A model generated the notes under the pieces. It ran no database searches and had not been told where the DNA came from. It was given only the letters and a program-made list of their open reading frames with translations. A stretch of DNA of 64,000 bases from Callorhinchus milii (taxonomy: Eukaryota), in assembly GCF_018977255.1 (NCBI RefSeq), contig NW_024704742.1:96040001-96104000 (forward strand), read 5' to 3'. Each line of letters opens with the position of its first letter. The first letter of the stretch is position 1. The translations under genes were made by a program, and so were the position numbers. This document shows positions 50,955-64,000 of this stretch, one piece after another.

Positions 50955-53580
50955 AATTTGCATTCATATAGCGTCATTCACGTAGAACAACGTCTCGCAG
51001 TTCTTTCCAGTGACAGAGATGGACACCTAGACATGCATTGGGCGAGCAGGGAAGGAGGAGGTGACCATAGGTGTAGTAGAAAGGGTAGGTTTTAACTCAA
51101 CTCCCATATCCATCTCCCCACTGCCTCCAAACCTACCACCATCTTCTACCCCCGTGGAAGAAGATCTCCCCACCATCCCTCTCCGCTGCTCTGGAGTCCT
51201 CTGAACTCCTCCCCCTCTGGCCCACCTCTCGCAACAACCCACTCGCTGTACTCACTCTTCTCCACAGCACTCTCTCCACCACAGTCGACGTCCTTGCCCC
51301 CCTCACCTCCCGAACAGCCTCCTATTCCCGATCCTCACCCTGGTTCATCAGCCACCTCCGCTCACTTAAGGGCCAGGTGCAGGCTCCCGAACGCACTTGG
51401 CTCAAATCCAGCCTAACGGTCCACCGTCACATCTGGCTGGACCTCATCAAGTACAACCGCTCCGCTCTCGCCTCAGCCAAATCATCCTTGTATTCCAAGT
51501 TAATCCTGGAGGCGAAAGGCAACCCCAGGCTCCTGTTCTCCACCATTAACCGGCTCCTCCTATCTCCCTGACATGCCTCGCAGATACTTTCCTCTGACTC
51601 CCACTGCGAGAAAATGCTGGACTTCCTCGAGTTAAAATCAAGGGAATCCGCTCAGCTGCCACTGCCCTCCCAACTTCCACCCCCTCCCTACCCCTACCCC
51701 ACACAATTACCCATCCAACAATTACCTATCCCTCCTTCCACACCTTTGAACCTGTCACCCCCTCTTCTGTCTTCAATACGGTAACCTCCATGAAGTCCAC
51801 CACATGCTTCCTCGACCCCATCCCTTGCCCTCTCCTTAAATCCCAGCTCCACTTCCTTGCCCCACTTCTCGCTGACATCATTAACCTCTCCCTGTAATCT
51901 GGCACTGTTCCTTCCCTCCTCAAAACAGCCACTATCACCACCACCTTGAAGAAACCTTCTCTTGACCCATCACAGCTATCTCGCTACCGGCCCATCTCAA
52001 ATCTCCCCTTTCTATCCAAGGTCCTTGAGAGAACAGTTGCCTTCCAGTTTTGCTCTTTCCTCTCCTATCACTCCCTCCATGAACCCCTCCAATCGGGTTT
52101 CCGTGCTGCCCACAGCATGGACACTGCTCTGGTCAAGGTCACAAACGACATCCTGACCATGTGTGACCAGGGCTCCCTTTGCCTCCTCGTCCTCCTCGAC
52201 CTCTCCCGCCTGTGACACTGTGGACCACTCAATCCTCCTCCACCGCCTCTCCTCCCATCTCAACCTTCAAGGTTCTGTCCTTGACTGGTTCAGGTCCTAC
52301 CTTTCACACCGCCTCCACTTCATTGCGGCAAACGTTTTTTTGCACCGTCTCATGCAGTGTTCCTCAGGGCTCTGTCCTCGGTCCCCACCACTTCACCCTC
52401 TACATGCTCCCCCTTGTTGACATCATCCGCAGACATGGGGTAAATTTCCACATGCATGTGGATGACACACAACTCTACCTTTCGGCCTCCACCCTGAACT
52501 CCAGGACTACTGGCGTCCTGACCGACTACCTGTCCGACATCAAGTCCTGGATGAGGACCAACTTTCTCCAACTCAACCCTCCTGATTGGCTCGTGCCAGT
52601 GCCTCCGCACCTCAGGTGCTGGCAGCATCAGCCTCCACAGCTGCACACTCAAACTCACTAAGGCAGTCATGAACCTGTGTGTCTTGTTTGACCCTGAACT
52701 GTTCTTTCTCCCCCACATCCGCGCCATGACGGGCACTACCTACCATCACCTCTGCAACATTGCCAGACTCCGCCACTGCCTCACCCCTCAGGCTGTCGAA
52801 ACCCTCACCCACGCATTCGTCATCTCAAGGCTCGATTACGGGAACTCCTTCCTAATCGGCCTTCCCAACTCTTCCCTTCACAAGCTGCAGATCATCCAAA
52901 ACTCTGCAGCCCATTTACTCTCACTCATCAAGCTTCGTGACCCCATCACTCCCACCCTCACCCGACTCCACTGGCTCCCCATCCCCCAGAGGATCGAGTT
53001 CAAAATCCTCGTCCTCACCTTTAAGGCCACCCATGGCCTTGCCCCCTCCTACCTCTCTGACCTGCTGACTCCCTACCAACCTGCCCACTCCCTCCGTTCA
53101 GCGGGCTCCGGCCTGCTCCATGTCTCCCACCCGACCCGTCCTACCATCGGTGCCCGGGCTTTCAGCCTCTCTGGCCCCACACTCTGGAACTCCATCCCAC
53201 AGTCCCTTCGCCTCACTTCCTCCCTTGCCTCCTTCAAGGCCGGTCTCAAGACCCTTCTCTTCGACCGTGCCTTTGGACTCCCTCCCACCTCTCCATCTTC
53301 CCTCGTCCCTACACTACCCCTCCCCCATGCTTGGGCCTTGACACCTGACTGTTCAGCGCTTTGGGACATCCTCCCGACATGAAAGGCGTCTATAAATGTG
53401 ATTTTGTTGTTGTTTTAAGGTGAGACTTGAAGACAGATACAGAGGGGATGAGATAGAAGTCAAGTGAGGGAGTTCCAGAGGTTAGGGGCATAGAATTGGA
53501 AAGCCCGGCCATCAATGTTAAGGTTTGTGAGCAGAGGAGTTGGGTAGGAGGAGTTCGAAGAGTTAGGAAGGTGCTCAGGC
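50955..53580 (-). mobile_element. Older L2 3' fragment split by the 51096-53411 insertion (pieces about 50955-51095 and 53412-53580)
   Basis: Tail-like gaatttgcattcatatagcg...ttcacgt on the left, contiguous with gagggagttccagaggttaggggc on the right once the insert is removed. Confidence 0.7.
51096..53411 (+). mobile_element. L2-clade LINE, longest copy, frameshifted, inserted into an older antisense L2 3' fragment
   Basis: ORFs 51377-51571, 51946-52215, 52179-52661 and 52669-53382 match the 19407 protein. Ends in stem-loop plus TTG. TSD GTTTTAA at 51089-51095 and 53412-53418. Confidence 0.93.
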
Positions 53581-56500
53581 ATGAAAAGTTTGGAGTGGAG
53601 TCTAAGATAGGGAATGTTTTGCACAGTCTATGGAGTGAGCTTGATGAGCCAAATGTCCTTTGCTTGGTCCATGCTTTATCTTTGATTTTGTTTCTTCTTG
53701 TTATTAATCGTCTGTAGCAGATCAGATCTAATGACCAAATGAACCTTTCTCTGTTGTTTCTGCTTTCACTCAGGCAAGGGATGATTAGAGCAACCATGAA
53801 TATGGAAAACTGACCTTTGCTTTATGCATGGCAGGATGACTGTGACAACCTCTCTTGCTTTAAAGTCATCCTTAATAATGCAAAAATGATTCAGATGATT
53901 TCTTGTGCCACATGAATAATCATTTTAATTATATTAGGATAAACCGTCTTTCTTCTGTTCAAACGTGACACACTACTGTTCGTTCTGATACTTTGCAAAT
54001 TTTAAAAGTTGTTTTTTAAAAAATATTGAAATTGTCCAGCCTCAAAATTATTTTAACCACTTCAGTCCAGGTGGTTGGCCGGGTTTCCCACTCCAAGTAA
54101 CAGCAGCAGCCAACTTGCCTTTCAAAATTAAGTGCCCATGTATTCACTGAGCGGACAAAAGAAGGGNAAAAACAAAAGATTCGGAGAACAGATGCTGAAG
54201 CTTCATCAATGTGGGAACCACCAAGTGTTATTTTACAAATACAAGTGGCACTTATTTATTGTGGGTCTTTTACATTTGTAAATATAAGGTGCAGTGTCTT
54301 TATTTATACACCAGCACTCCGAAATTTCACACACACACACACACAATGAAATGCACCTCCACAATTCTTAAATTGTTTTTTGGTAGACTTCCTTTTGCAC
54401 CTGCGAGCTCAAGTCCTGATGTGGGGCTTGAAATCAAAAATCTTCTGTACCCTGGGGGCAAAATACTACCGACTGAGTGAGGCTGACACCTAACTGCCTT
54501 GATCCCTGGACTGCGTGGACAATGATAGATTTGTACAACTTCATCTTTGACTGTCTGTGCAACATAATCTGAGCCAGCAGTTACCTCCAAACCTCCAATC
54601 CCCAATCGCAAGATTTATCCTATTTCAAATTCATCGTCAATTGCCTCAAAGGAAATAAAATTTGCTGTCTATTAAAGTTGGGGACAAAAAAGGCACCTTC
54701 GGTAGACAGCATGTACAAGAAAATAAGGCTATAATCATTTCCTTCAGTCAGCTGAAAAGGATTAAATCTTCAGCTTCCAGGTAATGTTCTGACTGAGCCT
54801 TGGGGAAGAATAATTCATGATTAGGGACAAGGCTAGTCTAGCAAATGTGAACATTATGTCCATTACTTAAACACACTTCCTGGGTTGACTGCTAATGTAC
54901 CCATGGGGCCCTTACGACAGCAGTAACAGATAGGAGCAATGAAACAGAAAGACAAGGACAAGAAGTATTAACATCTATGTTGTACAGCAATACGTAGACT
55001 GATCATTGCTGAATTACTGCCTTTGGTAAACAGCACAGATAAGTCATTTTAACACTAGAATTCTGCTGATCCTTATGTATATTGAATGACTGACTCATCT
55101 GAACTTTAGCTATATATTGATTAAATGGTAAGGTAGTGAATAGCAGTTCAGTAATTTATGCTGCTTTGTGGCTCAAACCTTATTCATTATGCATACTATA
55201 TTAAACATGCTACAACTCTGCGCAAACAATTAGGTTAACCTTGCAGCCAAATCACAGAAGGTAGCAGTTTAATACCAAACTCAATGAAATTATTCCCTAT
55301 TAGCATACTGCTTAACAATGAAAATGCATTTTAATGAGAAATATATACAGTCAAGAAGTATACCAGAAGACTATGCTAAAAGCTGCTTCATATATGTATA
55401 TATATAATTTTTTTAAGGAATGTGTTCTGTCAGAAGAAGGCATTCACAGAGTGAGTTAATAAATGCTAGGGGTCATTTATTATCTTGGAGGACATGTCCT
55501 GGTGCTATTGCCAGAAAACATTCAGCAGACAATGAGAAGGTAACAATGTCAGCTCAGTGAAGCTTGGAGGCAATGCTTTCGTCTCTTGGACTAGAATAGA
55601 GGCTGCCAAACAAAATGTCCTCTGGCTTTCTTTCAACAAAAGTGGGCAACGCAGATTTCGTATCACATGGTGAAGTGATTCCAGTGATGCTGAAGGATAT
55701 AGTCCTGTTGCTGAACATACAGAACAAGAAAGTGTGATTCTCATGCTTCTCAATAGAGTTTACAGCTGGCACATTGGGACAGAAAAGAGATCAGAAGGAA
55801 AGAAAAGTCACGGGAAGGAGGTCTGAACAGGAAATGTCATGCTGAGGCATTTTACCACATGGAGCTTGGATTGAAAAGTGGTTTGACATGTACTATTTTA
55901 GGCAGAAGCTAGTTTAAGGTCTTTACTCTAAGTATACTGGATTTGGGTTAACGGTAGGCTTTATAGTAGACAAATTGGTTTTAAATCAAGGTTTTTCTTT
56001 ATGGGATTCCTAAATAATTAATCCAAATCACGGAAATTGAGGCTCCTTCTGGTTCTAAGGATCTAAATATGTCATATCGTATATCCTTCGTGGCATACAA
56101 TATCATGTATTTAGATCCTATAGAAACTATAATAAACTCAGTTCAGTGCTTCTCAGCAGAACAAATAGCCCTAGTTCATCAGCCATATGTTTTCTATGTA
56201 CACACATCTAAATACACTGCTCTGCTAACTTTCATTTTCTTAAGTTGGTAACAAGAAGGAGGCCTTTCTTTTCCCTATTGAATGTCTCCAGTGGGGTTGC
56301 TGCCATTCCGTGCCTATCTAACCCCCTTTATCAGTCTGATTCTATCACCTTTGCTCTTAGTGTGAAATGGAACTGTTGAATTTGCACTGAGGTCTCCCAA
56401 TCAAAATGTTTGTAAGATTACAGACTTATTTGAAATTTTGATAGTGTTGCATTGGGGTTGGGGGAGGGGAGGGGCAGGGGTGAAGAGAGAAAAGGAGATG

Positions 56501-58041
56501 AAGAGAGTTATGACCTTGAGGTCATGTGGTCATTTAGAGGGAAAATGCATATGTATGTCTCAGCAGTCTATTGGTGATGTGCCTTTGATCCATGTTAGTC
56601 AGTAACACGTGTCTGGATATAAATAGCTAGTCCCTGTTGGACTAGTAGTGATTTCCTGGTAGTTTAATGTGTGTACTGAGAGTCCCTGGTAGACTGGTGG
56701 CATTATAACCTCTTTTATTTTGACTTAGCAGCAATCCTAAATATTGGCCCTCATGATGCTGAATGACAAAGAAACACGTTCATTCATTCCCTACTGTGCT
56801 TTAAAGGTTAATTGAATTAAAAGAAAATGGCTAAAGTACAATTTACCCCCGTGCACAAATCTGGGATCAATTATTAACAGTCAAAAGGTGAATTCCATCA
56901 ATTTCAGTTAACAGTAAGTAAGTATTCTGTTGGAAAATTATGCTTGCACTTCAGAGGAATCGACTGTACATCCTGTGCAGATCTACATAAAAGAACCTGT
57001 CTGTTTGAGAGCCCATCTACTGTTTGTTTTCAGGCCCTCTGGGAATCACCTTCATTCCTGTGCTATAGCCCCAGCAGTGTGGTGCTAAGAGATCAATTAA
57101 AATTTCAAAGCAGCCTACCGACCATCGTAGGAAGCTGGAGCAATTATTGGATAAGAAAGGTTTGAAGGCAGATGAATAATACATTGGAGATCAATCACCT
57201 CATTGTTCAGATTCTGCCAATCTTGTCGGGCAAAACGTAATCCGACAACTAATTTTCTGCGTTTGGTGGAAAGGCACAGGGACACTGGCTTGTTACACGT
57301 CAGAACAGACAAAATTCCGAGCAGTCTAAATGAAGCAGGTTTAGATTTCAGGTAGTTGACATTGTAAGATGTAACCAGTTCAAGGCAAATCAATACAGAC
57401 TTTCATTACAGCAATTATTTTAAGCAGGAATTGTCTTAAAACAGTTGAAGTGCAGCAATTACCTGATTATTCATTCCGCAATATCTCCTTTCAAACCATT
57501 CATGTTGTCACTGCTGTGGAGCTCATACGTTACCAAATCACTTTATAACATAATCCATTTAATTATACAGAACTGCAAAACACCAACTCGTTTCTAAGAC
57601 AAGATTGTTATGGAGCTGGAGGAACGGCCAGATAACAGAAGGTTAGGATGCAATCATTTGAATGCAGAGTCTGAATCTTGGTCAGATTGATGGGATGAAG
57701 GTCTCCTCTTTCTGCCACTTCTAAATGTCCTAAGTGAAATGTGATTGAGCCATCTCAACCCAGTTCCTAATGGGCATAAATCCATAGCTGCGTGTAATTC
57801 TGCACTAATTAGCAGTGTCATTCAAAGGCCATTAAGGTAACTGGTGCAGAAAATGGAAATGTTCACAAATGAGGTAGAGGCTACACTTCTAAAGTTGGCG
57901 AAGAATAATAATCCTTACATTTGATATAGTACCTTCATGTCAGGAAGATGTCTTAAAATGCTTCACAGGATTTACTGTAGTGACTGTGTATTTGTAGGCT
58001 AATGCAGCAGTCAATTTGTGCACAACAATGCCCCACAAACA

Positions 58042-58233
58042 ACAACAACAAAATTACAGTTGTATAGCTCCTTTCACGTCGGGAGGACATCCCACAACAA
58101 TGGACAGTCAGTGTTTCGGACCCGAGCTGGGTGTCGGGATTGGGGAGGGCAGGGGTGTGGGGGGGGGAAAGGAGGGTGATCAAAAGCACAGTCAATGAGG
58201 AGGGTCTTGGAATGGGTCTTGAAGGAGGCAAGG
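58042..58233 (-). mobile_element. L2 3' fragment inserted into a Deu-SINE
   Basis: (CAA)n plus stem-loop; TSD CAAACA at 58036-58041 and 58234-58239. Confidence 0.88.
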
Positions 58234-59144
58234 CAAACAGTCATGAAATGATTGACTAATTTTATTTGGCCAACAAAGCAGCACATTTACTCATTTTATT
58301 GGAATGTCAGCCTAGACTGAAAATTCAACGGCCTCTTGTGAGGCTTGAACCCACAACTCTCCAATACTCAGAGAGGTGAAAGCGCTACCAACTGAATCAG
58401 GCAGACACTTGAAGAATAAGGATTAAATTTGTGCTCTTCCCAGGCAAAAAAGCTTGTCACTCCGTCTCATTTCATAGCCTTAGAGTCAGTAGCTTGTGGT
58501 TTGAAACCCTGCATCAGAGCTTTCAGCTCCTAGCCTTGGCCATCGATCCATTGTACTAAACAGAGGTCCATCTGCGTATCCAGGCAGATGTTTCTTTTAG
58601 TGCCCTGGAAAATAATCAGACAAAATAGATCATTCACTTCATGGCTATTTGTGGGATATTGCCGTGCACAGAGTAGCTCTTTATACCGTCACTACACTTG
58701 ATAGCAATTGCTTGTGAAGTGTTTTAACATTATAGGCAATATGTCAAAAGTAAGAATTATTATTATTTAGGTGGGGGAGATTATTATTTAGGTGTAAGTG
58801 TGTTTAAGGTTTAGTGATTATACTGCCTTTGGGTTCAGTGTCTCCAGGTTAGAGAGAAAATAGTCAGCTGCAAATTGGCCCTAATATCTATTCAGTTACT
58901 TCTCCTGAAAACCAGTTGAAGATAGGACCAATTTTATTGAAGTGGATAAAAAAGGCCAGCAGCAATGACTGACTTAGCACATTAATTAGTTATATTCTGA
59001 CTTTAAAGATAACCATGTAGATTTCAGTGCTCGTAGAAAAAATATTTAGAATTCACTCAGATAATCAAAAATTATGTTTATTGCGTTAATTTGTAACCTC
59101 TGGTTTGGCAATTTTGCAACCACAAGATTCTGAATTGCTTTGCG

Positions 59145-59885
59145 AATCATAGAATATCACAGCACAGAAGGAGGCCATTGGGCCCAACTTGCCTGTGGCG
59201 GCACTTTGGAAGAGCTACCCAATCAGTCCTACTTCTCCGCTCTTTCCCCATATCTTTGCAATGTTTTTCTCTTCAAGTACTTATTCAATACCCTTTTGAA
59301 AGTTGTTATGGAATCTGTTTCCTCCACTCTTACAGGCAGTGCATTCCATCATTTCAGGCCTTTCAGGCATTCCACTCATTCCAACAACTCTCTGTAAAAA
59401 AAATTCTCCTCATCTTCTCACTGGTTCTTTTGCCAATTATCTTGAATCTATGTCCCTTGGTTACCAACCCACCTGCCAGTGGAAACAGTTTCTCCCTATC
59501 TCCTCTATCAAAACCCCTCACAATTTTGAACGACCTTCTCTCTCTCTAAGAAGAACAATCTCAGCTTCTCTAGTATCTCCACATGACTAAAGTCCCTCAT
59601 CCCTGGTACCATTCTGATAAATCTCATTTGCACCCTCACCAAGGCCTTCCTTGATATCCTTCCTAAAGTGTGGTGCCCAGAATTGGACACAATACTCCAG
59701 CTGAGGCCTAACCAGTGACTTATAAAGGTTCAGCAGAACTTCCTTGCTTTTGTACTCTGAGTCTCTATTTATAAATCCAAGGATCCCAAGTACTTTTTCA
59801 GCAGCTCTATCAACCTGTCCTGCCACCTTCAAAGACATGTGTATATGAACCCCCAGGTCTCTCTGCTCCTGAACTCCCTTTAAAA
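59145..59885 (-). mobile_element. CR1-clade LINE 3' fragment
   Basis: ORF 59587-59958 QRDLGVHIH...LYKSLVRPQLEYCVQFWAPHFRKDI is a typical CR1 ORF2 C-terminal region; (ATTCTATG)-type tail near 59145. Confidence 0.9.
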
Positions 59886-60751
59886 CTGTACTAATTTGTA
59901 AATTAGATTCCCTTATAAATGATAGTTCAGTAAAATATTTGCCTACAAATATAGTCACTACACTTTACAATAAAAATCCCGTGAACCCTCTTTGAGACTT
60001 TATCCCGACCTGAAATTAAATACAAGGATTTTTTAAAGGGCTTAAAGCATGGTATTAATATGATATTAAAAAGACTTGTTGCAGTTAGAACTTGCTCTGA
60101 GGCCCAAACTTTCAAACTGATATGTATCAGACATAGAGAAGTAAACTTAAAGTCCTGAATGGACAAGTGCAGCTAGTGCTTTGGGGGTCAGTAAGTTGAC
60201 TGAAGAGGGCAGCGAGGAATGCCATCACATTAAAAAGCCGTGCAGAATACATTTCCTTCAAATGGCAACAATGGGAAGCAGTTCCCATTGCAGTAAATGC
60301 TTCAATTGCAATAAAAAAAATGCGAGAGGGTCTTGACTAATGTTTGGCAGTGAGTTCTTGACAGGCTCGTAAAGCGCTGCAGCAATTTTGTCATTCACTT
60401 CCACAGCGGCAGCAGCAGCAGCACACGGCATGGCAACGCGACGCTGCATATGTTCAGCTCCCGCGTCACTCACAGAAACAATACCATGGATCCTCCATTG
60501 CTCTGAACTACTTTCATCTCCGCTGCAGCAATGAAAAATTCTCCACATCAAAAGAACTCACCAGGGCACTTCAAAGGCTCCCCATATGAAAGATAGATTT
60601 TTTTTGCCCAAAATGGCAAAGTGTCAGTTAATAATACTTTGAACCTATTAATCAATTTATTTCAACTCGCTCCACACTGTAGTTGTAACAGATTCTTACA
60701 TATCCCAGAGAACTGAAGGCAACCAGCGCCATTGGCGAGCCCAATCATTTG

Positions 60752-62065
60752 CAACAACAACAACAAAGCGGAGGGAGCGGGCAGGTTAGTAGGGGGTTTG
60801 AAGGTCACAAAGGTAGGGAGGAGGAAGACCATGGAGGGCTTTGAAAGTAAGGACTGTATCCTCTGCGTAATGGGAAGCCAGTGGAATTGGGCAAGGATGG
60901 GGTGATAGGGTCGCGGAGCCTGATGCAGGAGAGGTCACTGGCTGCAGAGTTCTGGATGATCTGCAGCCTATGGAGGGAGGAGTTGAGGTGGACGACAAGA
61001 GGGAGTTTGTGTAATCAAGCCTGGATGTTATGAATGTGTGTTTGTTGGTAACAGAGGTCGGAAAGTGTGAGACAGTGGCGGAGTCGAGCAATGTTGCGAA
61101 GATGGGGAAGTGCAGAGTGGATCATGGCATGGATGTGGGGTATGAAGGACAGTTGAGAGTCAAACAGGTTGCTGAGATTCTGTATTAGCTCCGTGAAATA
61201 TAGAGTGCATCCACAGAGGGAGATGCTGTCAGCCCCCGAGGTATGGAAGTGCTGATGGAAGCCAAGCAGGAGGGCCTCAGTCTTGTTGACATTCAACTGC
61301 AGGAAGTTAGCTCTCATCCAGGACTTGAGGTCTGACAGGCAGGAATTGAGGGTGAAGGCAGAGTTGGGTGTCATCCTCATACATGTGGAAGTTGACCCCA
61401 TGTCTGCAGATGATGTCACCAAAGGTGAGCACATAGATATTGAAAAGAAGAGGGCCAAGGACAGAGCCCTGAAAAACTCCACACACAACGTGCGGGGGCC
61501 AGAGGAGAAGCCATTAATGTGATAAAGTGGAGATGATGGGAGAGGTAGGATTCAAACCAGGCAAGGGCAGGTCTGCAAAGATGAGCTGAAAGGTGATGTA
61601 GGAGGATAGAATGGTTGACAGTGTCGAATACAAGCAGAGAGGTTGAGGAAATCAGGAAGGCAGATTTTCAGAATGTCATTAGTTACTTTGACCAGGGCTG
61701 GCTGTTTCCATGCCGTGGGTAGCATAGAAACCCGATTGGAGAGGTTCAGAGATAGAATGATGGGAGAGGAAAGATCGAAGCTGGGACGTGACAGCTTATT
61801 CCAGGGCCTTGGAGAGGAATGAAAGGTTGGAGATGTAGATAGCTGGAGTAGGGATGGGTTCAGGGAAGGTTTTTTGAGGATGGGGGTAATGACAGCTACT
61901 TTTATAGTGTGAGAAAAGTGCCAGAGGATGAGGAGAGGTTGATTTAGACATTGAACCTCACAATGCACCCACATGAAGGCAGCAAAAGCTCTTTAATATG
62001 GATAGTGCGGGAGGAAGTGGTGGTTGATGAGGAAGTTAGTTTCAGTAGTTTCAGTACCTTCCTGC
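60752..62065 (-). mobile_element. Degraded L2 LINE lacking its 3' UTR and stem-loop
   Basis: ORFs 60786-61091, 61015-61488 ([18 protein letters not shown]) and 61552-61974 ([10 protein letters not shown]). Confidence 0.88.
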
Positions 62066-63479
62066 AGAGGTGAAGGCCTCCTGTTCTTAGCCAGTCGTTG
62101 GTTAGAGTCAGTGACTTTGATTCATTAGTCAGAGGTGAGGGAAAGATATAATTCCTTCCTTGGTGCAGTCAATGTGCTGAGGTTCTGAAGCATTCCGAGG
62201 CTTGTGATTTCGAGAATGTGATTTCCTTCAGGCATGCCAGTTACCTAAGTTAATAGATCTGGCTTTATTAAGTCAAAGAACAGGGGGAAATGCAATTCCC
62301 TTCAGTTAGTATGGCTAGCCCGTTTTTGGTTCTAGTGATTTGTTAATTGGGGATGAGGGAGGCGGAGGTAAAAACACGGTCCAATTAGTGTGGGTAGCAG
62401 CTGGGCCGGGGACATCTCAAAGCAGTGAGTGAATGTGTTCAGGTGAGCAGTGAGGGCTCCTTTGCTGTATCAGTTGTCTTTCTATGGGGCAATGTGTGAG
62501 CATCCTTCAGATGTTTCAAAGAGCTATAATTTTCAGGTGGGGGAGGGGGTGTGATTAAGGGAATATTAACCTCTTCATTGCTGACAATATACTTGGCTTC
62601 CCTGTTAAGATCTTTTAACTACACTCTCTCACAATGCAAACTTTAAATGTGTTGCTAGTAGAAACAGCCTGTTTTAGGCTTTGCTCAGCAAACCAGCAGC
62701 GTTTTTGATCATTAGGTCGGTTTGACCCTAAATTCACTCAACCCAAATTAAGTCAACCCTGGGCTGAATTACCAAAGATGCAAGGCCAAAGGCCACAAGA
62801 TGATGGAGCTTTGCTTCAGTAACTCACATGATTTTGATTCAAACAGATAATAGTGTTTGCACACCAGACAGTGCTGGGTTAAATGGAACACCCAGTATGT
62901 GAAGAAAGGATTACGAGATTCATACGGGTTTACAAACCAAAATACCCCGAATCCCAAGCTGGAAAAGTGTGGCACTTTTTTGATTACATTGGTTTGGGAA
63001 TGGCAATCCATCAACTTACATACCTTGTATGGATCTCAGAATCTGATATTTTGCTTTCTTTGAACGGAAAAGATTAAAACTATTATTAAAGATGCACAAA
63101 CCAAACCAATAATTGCAAAGACTCAATTGTTTACAAATTGGAGATATGCTTCATGTTTTGTAACAGATTCAAAGCAGTAATAATGATACTAAACCTGTTA
63201 TTAAATATTGCATTTTTGTTCCATTACTTCCTGCGCTTAGACAATAAATTGCTATCTTTTTCGATTACTTCAACTGTTTTTATGCCAAACCGGGGAAAAA
63301 AATGGGCCAGGAGGAAAAGCACGACTGCTGATATGACTTTGAAATCCTGTTTGATTTACACTGGGTGTGTTCTGCAAAGTTGACTAATAATGGAAGGAAC
63401 AGCACATCATCTAAATGCTAGGGACCTTACAGCCCTTTGGCCTCAATATGAGTTCAACCACTTCAAACCATAAGAATAG

Positions 63480-63810
63480 TTCCCATCTGCCATAATAGCT
63501 TACCTTCCCCCTCTTCTGTGGCTATTACCACACTATTACCACACGCCTTTTCTCTTTGGTTTGCTCTGCTGCCCTCCTTTGTTTTGCACATTAATACCTC
63601 TTTAACCCATCATACCTCATCCTCCAACCCGTTTTCTTCTTTGTCTTTCTTGCTCCGCCTTCCCTCTCTATTAGTCCTTAAAACCTCTCCCTCCCAACAT
63701 CCCCCAGTTCTGAGGAAGCTTCATAAACCTGAATCATTGACCCACTTTCCTTTCTCTATAGATGCTGTCTGATCTGCTGTGCGTTCCCAGCGATCTTTGT
63801 TTTGTTTCTA
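63480..63810 (+). mobile_element. Penelope-like terminal-repeat remnant
   Basis: Pyrimidine-rich tract, then cagttCTGAGGAagcttcataaacctGAATc...agatgctgtctgatctgctg, the degenerate reverse complement of 37330-37436. Confidence 0.55.
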
Positions 63811-64000
63811 ATAATGGGAAGGTTGGCTTGAAGTTCATACCACTTCTTGCTACACTCTAACATGCCATTTGATGTTATGCCCTACAGTCAATCACATGAC
63901 GATTAAATCATCTAGCTTATTACAAAGAGAGTAACCACAGTATATTGATCCTGAATGTTTTTTTTAAGCTTCCTTCTTGATGCTGTGGTAAATAGAACAA

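Noticed and set aside
43097..54167. Single ambiguous bases (n near 43097 and 54167)
   Set aside because: Assembly ambiguity, not biology.
55505..55772. Overlapping minus-strand ORFs with an acceptor-like site
   Set aside because: No recognisable product, two frames similarly open, and no supported upstream exons.
60258..60551. 97-aa ORF with poly-Ala
   Set aside because: Non-ATG start, poly-Ala comes from a short (GCA)n, no recognisable domain.

Overview
Eukaryotic, AT-rich, repeat-dense vertebrate DNA. The repeat inventory points to a cartilaginous fish, probably a holocephalan such as elephant shark; this is inference from the repeat families only. The inventory comprises L2-clade LINEs with (TTG)n tails, Deu-core and tRNA-Ala-headed SINEs with (TTA)n tails, CR1 fragments and Penelope-type terminal repeats. 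I could not recognise any host protein-coding gene, so the window looks intronic or intergenic. The long ORFs are retrotransposon-derived, the best being a 5'-truncated L2 ORF2 with an uninterrupted reverse transcriptase domain (19407-21262, minus). The most interesting structure is an interacting set of retroelements. (1) L2 LINEs and two SINE families share a 3' stem-loop with a compensatory base-pair change and two loop variants. (2) A decayed R4/Dong-clade restriction-like-endonuclease retrotransposon, invisible in the ORF track, sits in a (TAA)n tract that appears to be a SINE tail and hosts an L2, which in turn hosts a 70-bp L2 tail. (3) Penelope-like repeats retain hammerhead-ribozyme-like cores. 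(4) There are several hairpin/MITE elements. A TE-poor, motif-rich 14.6-18.1 kb block may hold conserved enhancers. I found no support for a wholly new gene system, CRISPR array or prokaryotic feature. Repeat boundaries were read by eye, about +/-10-20 bp for old copies.
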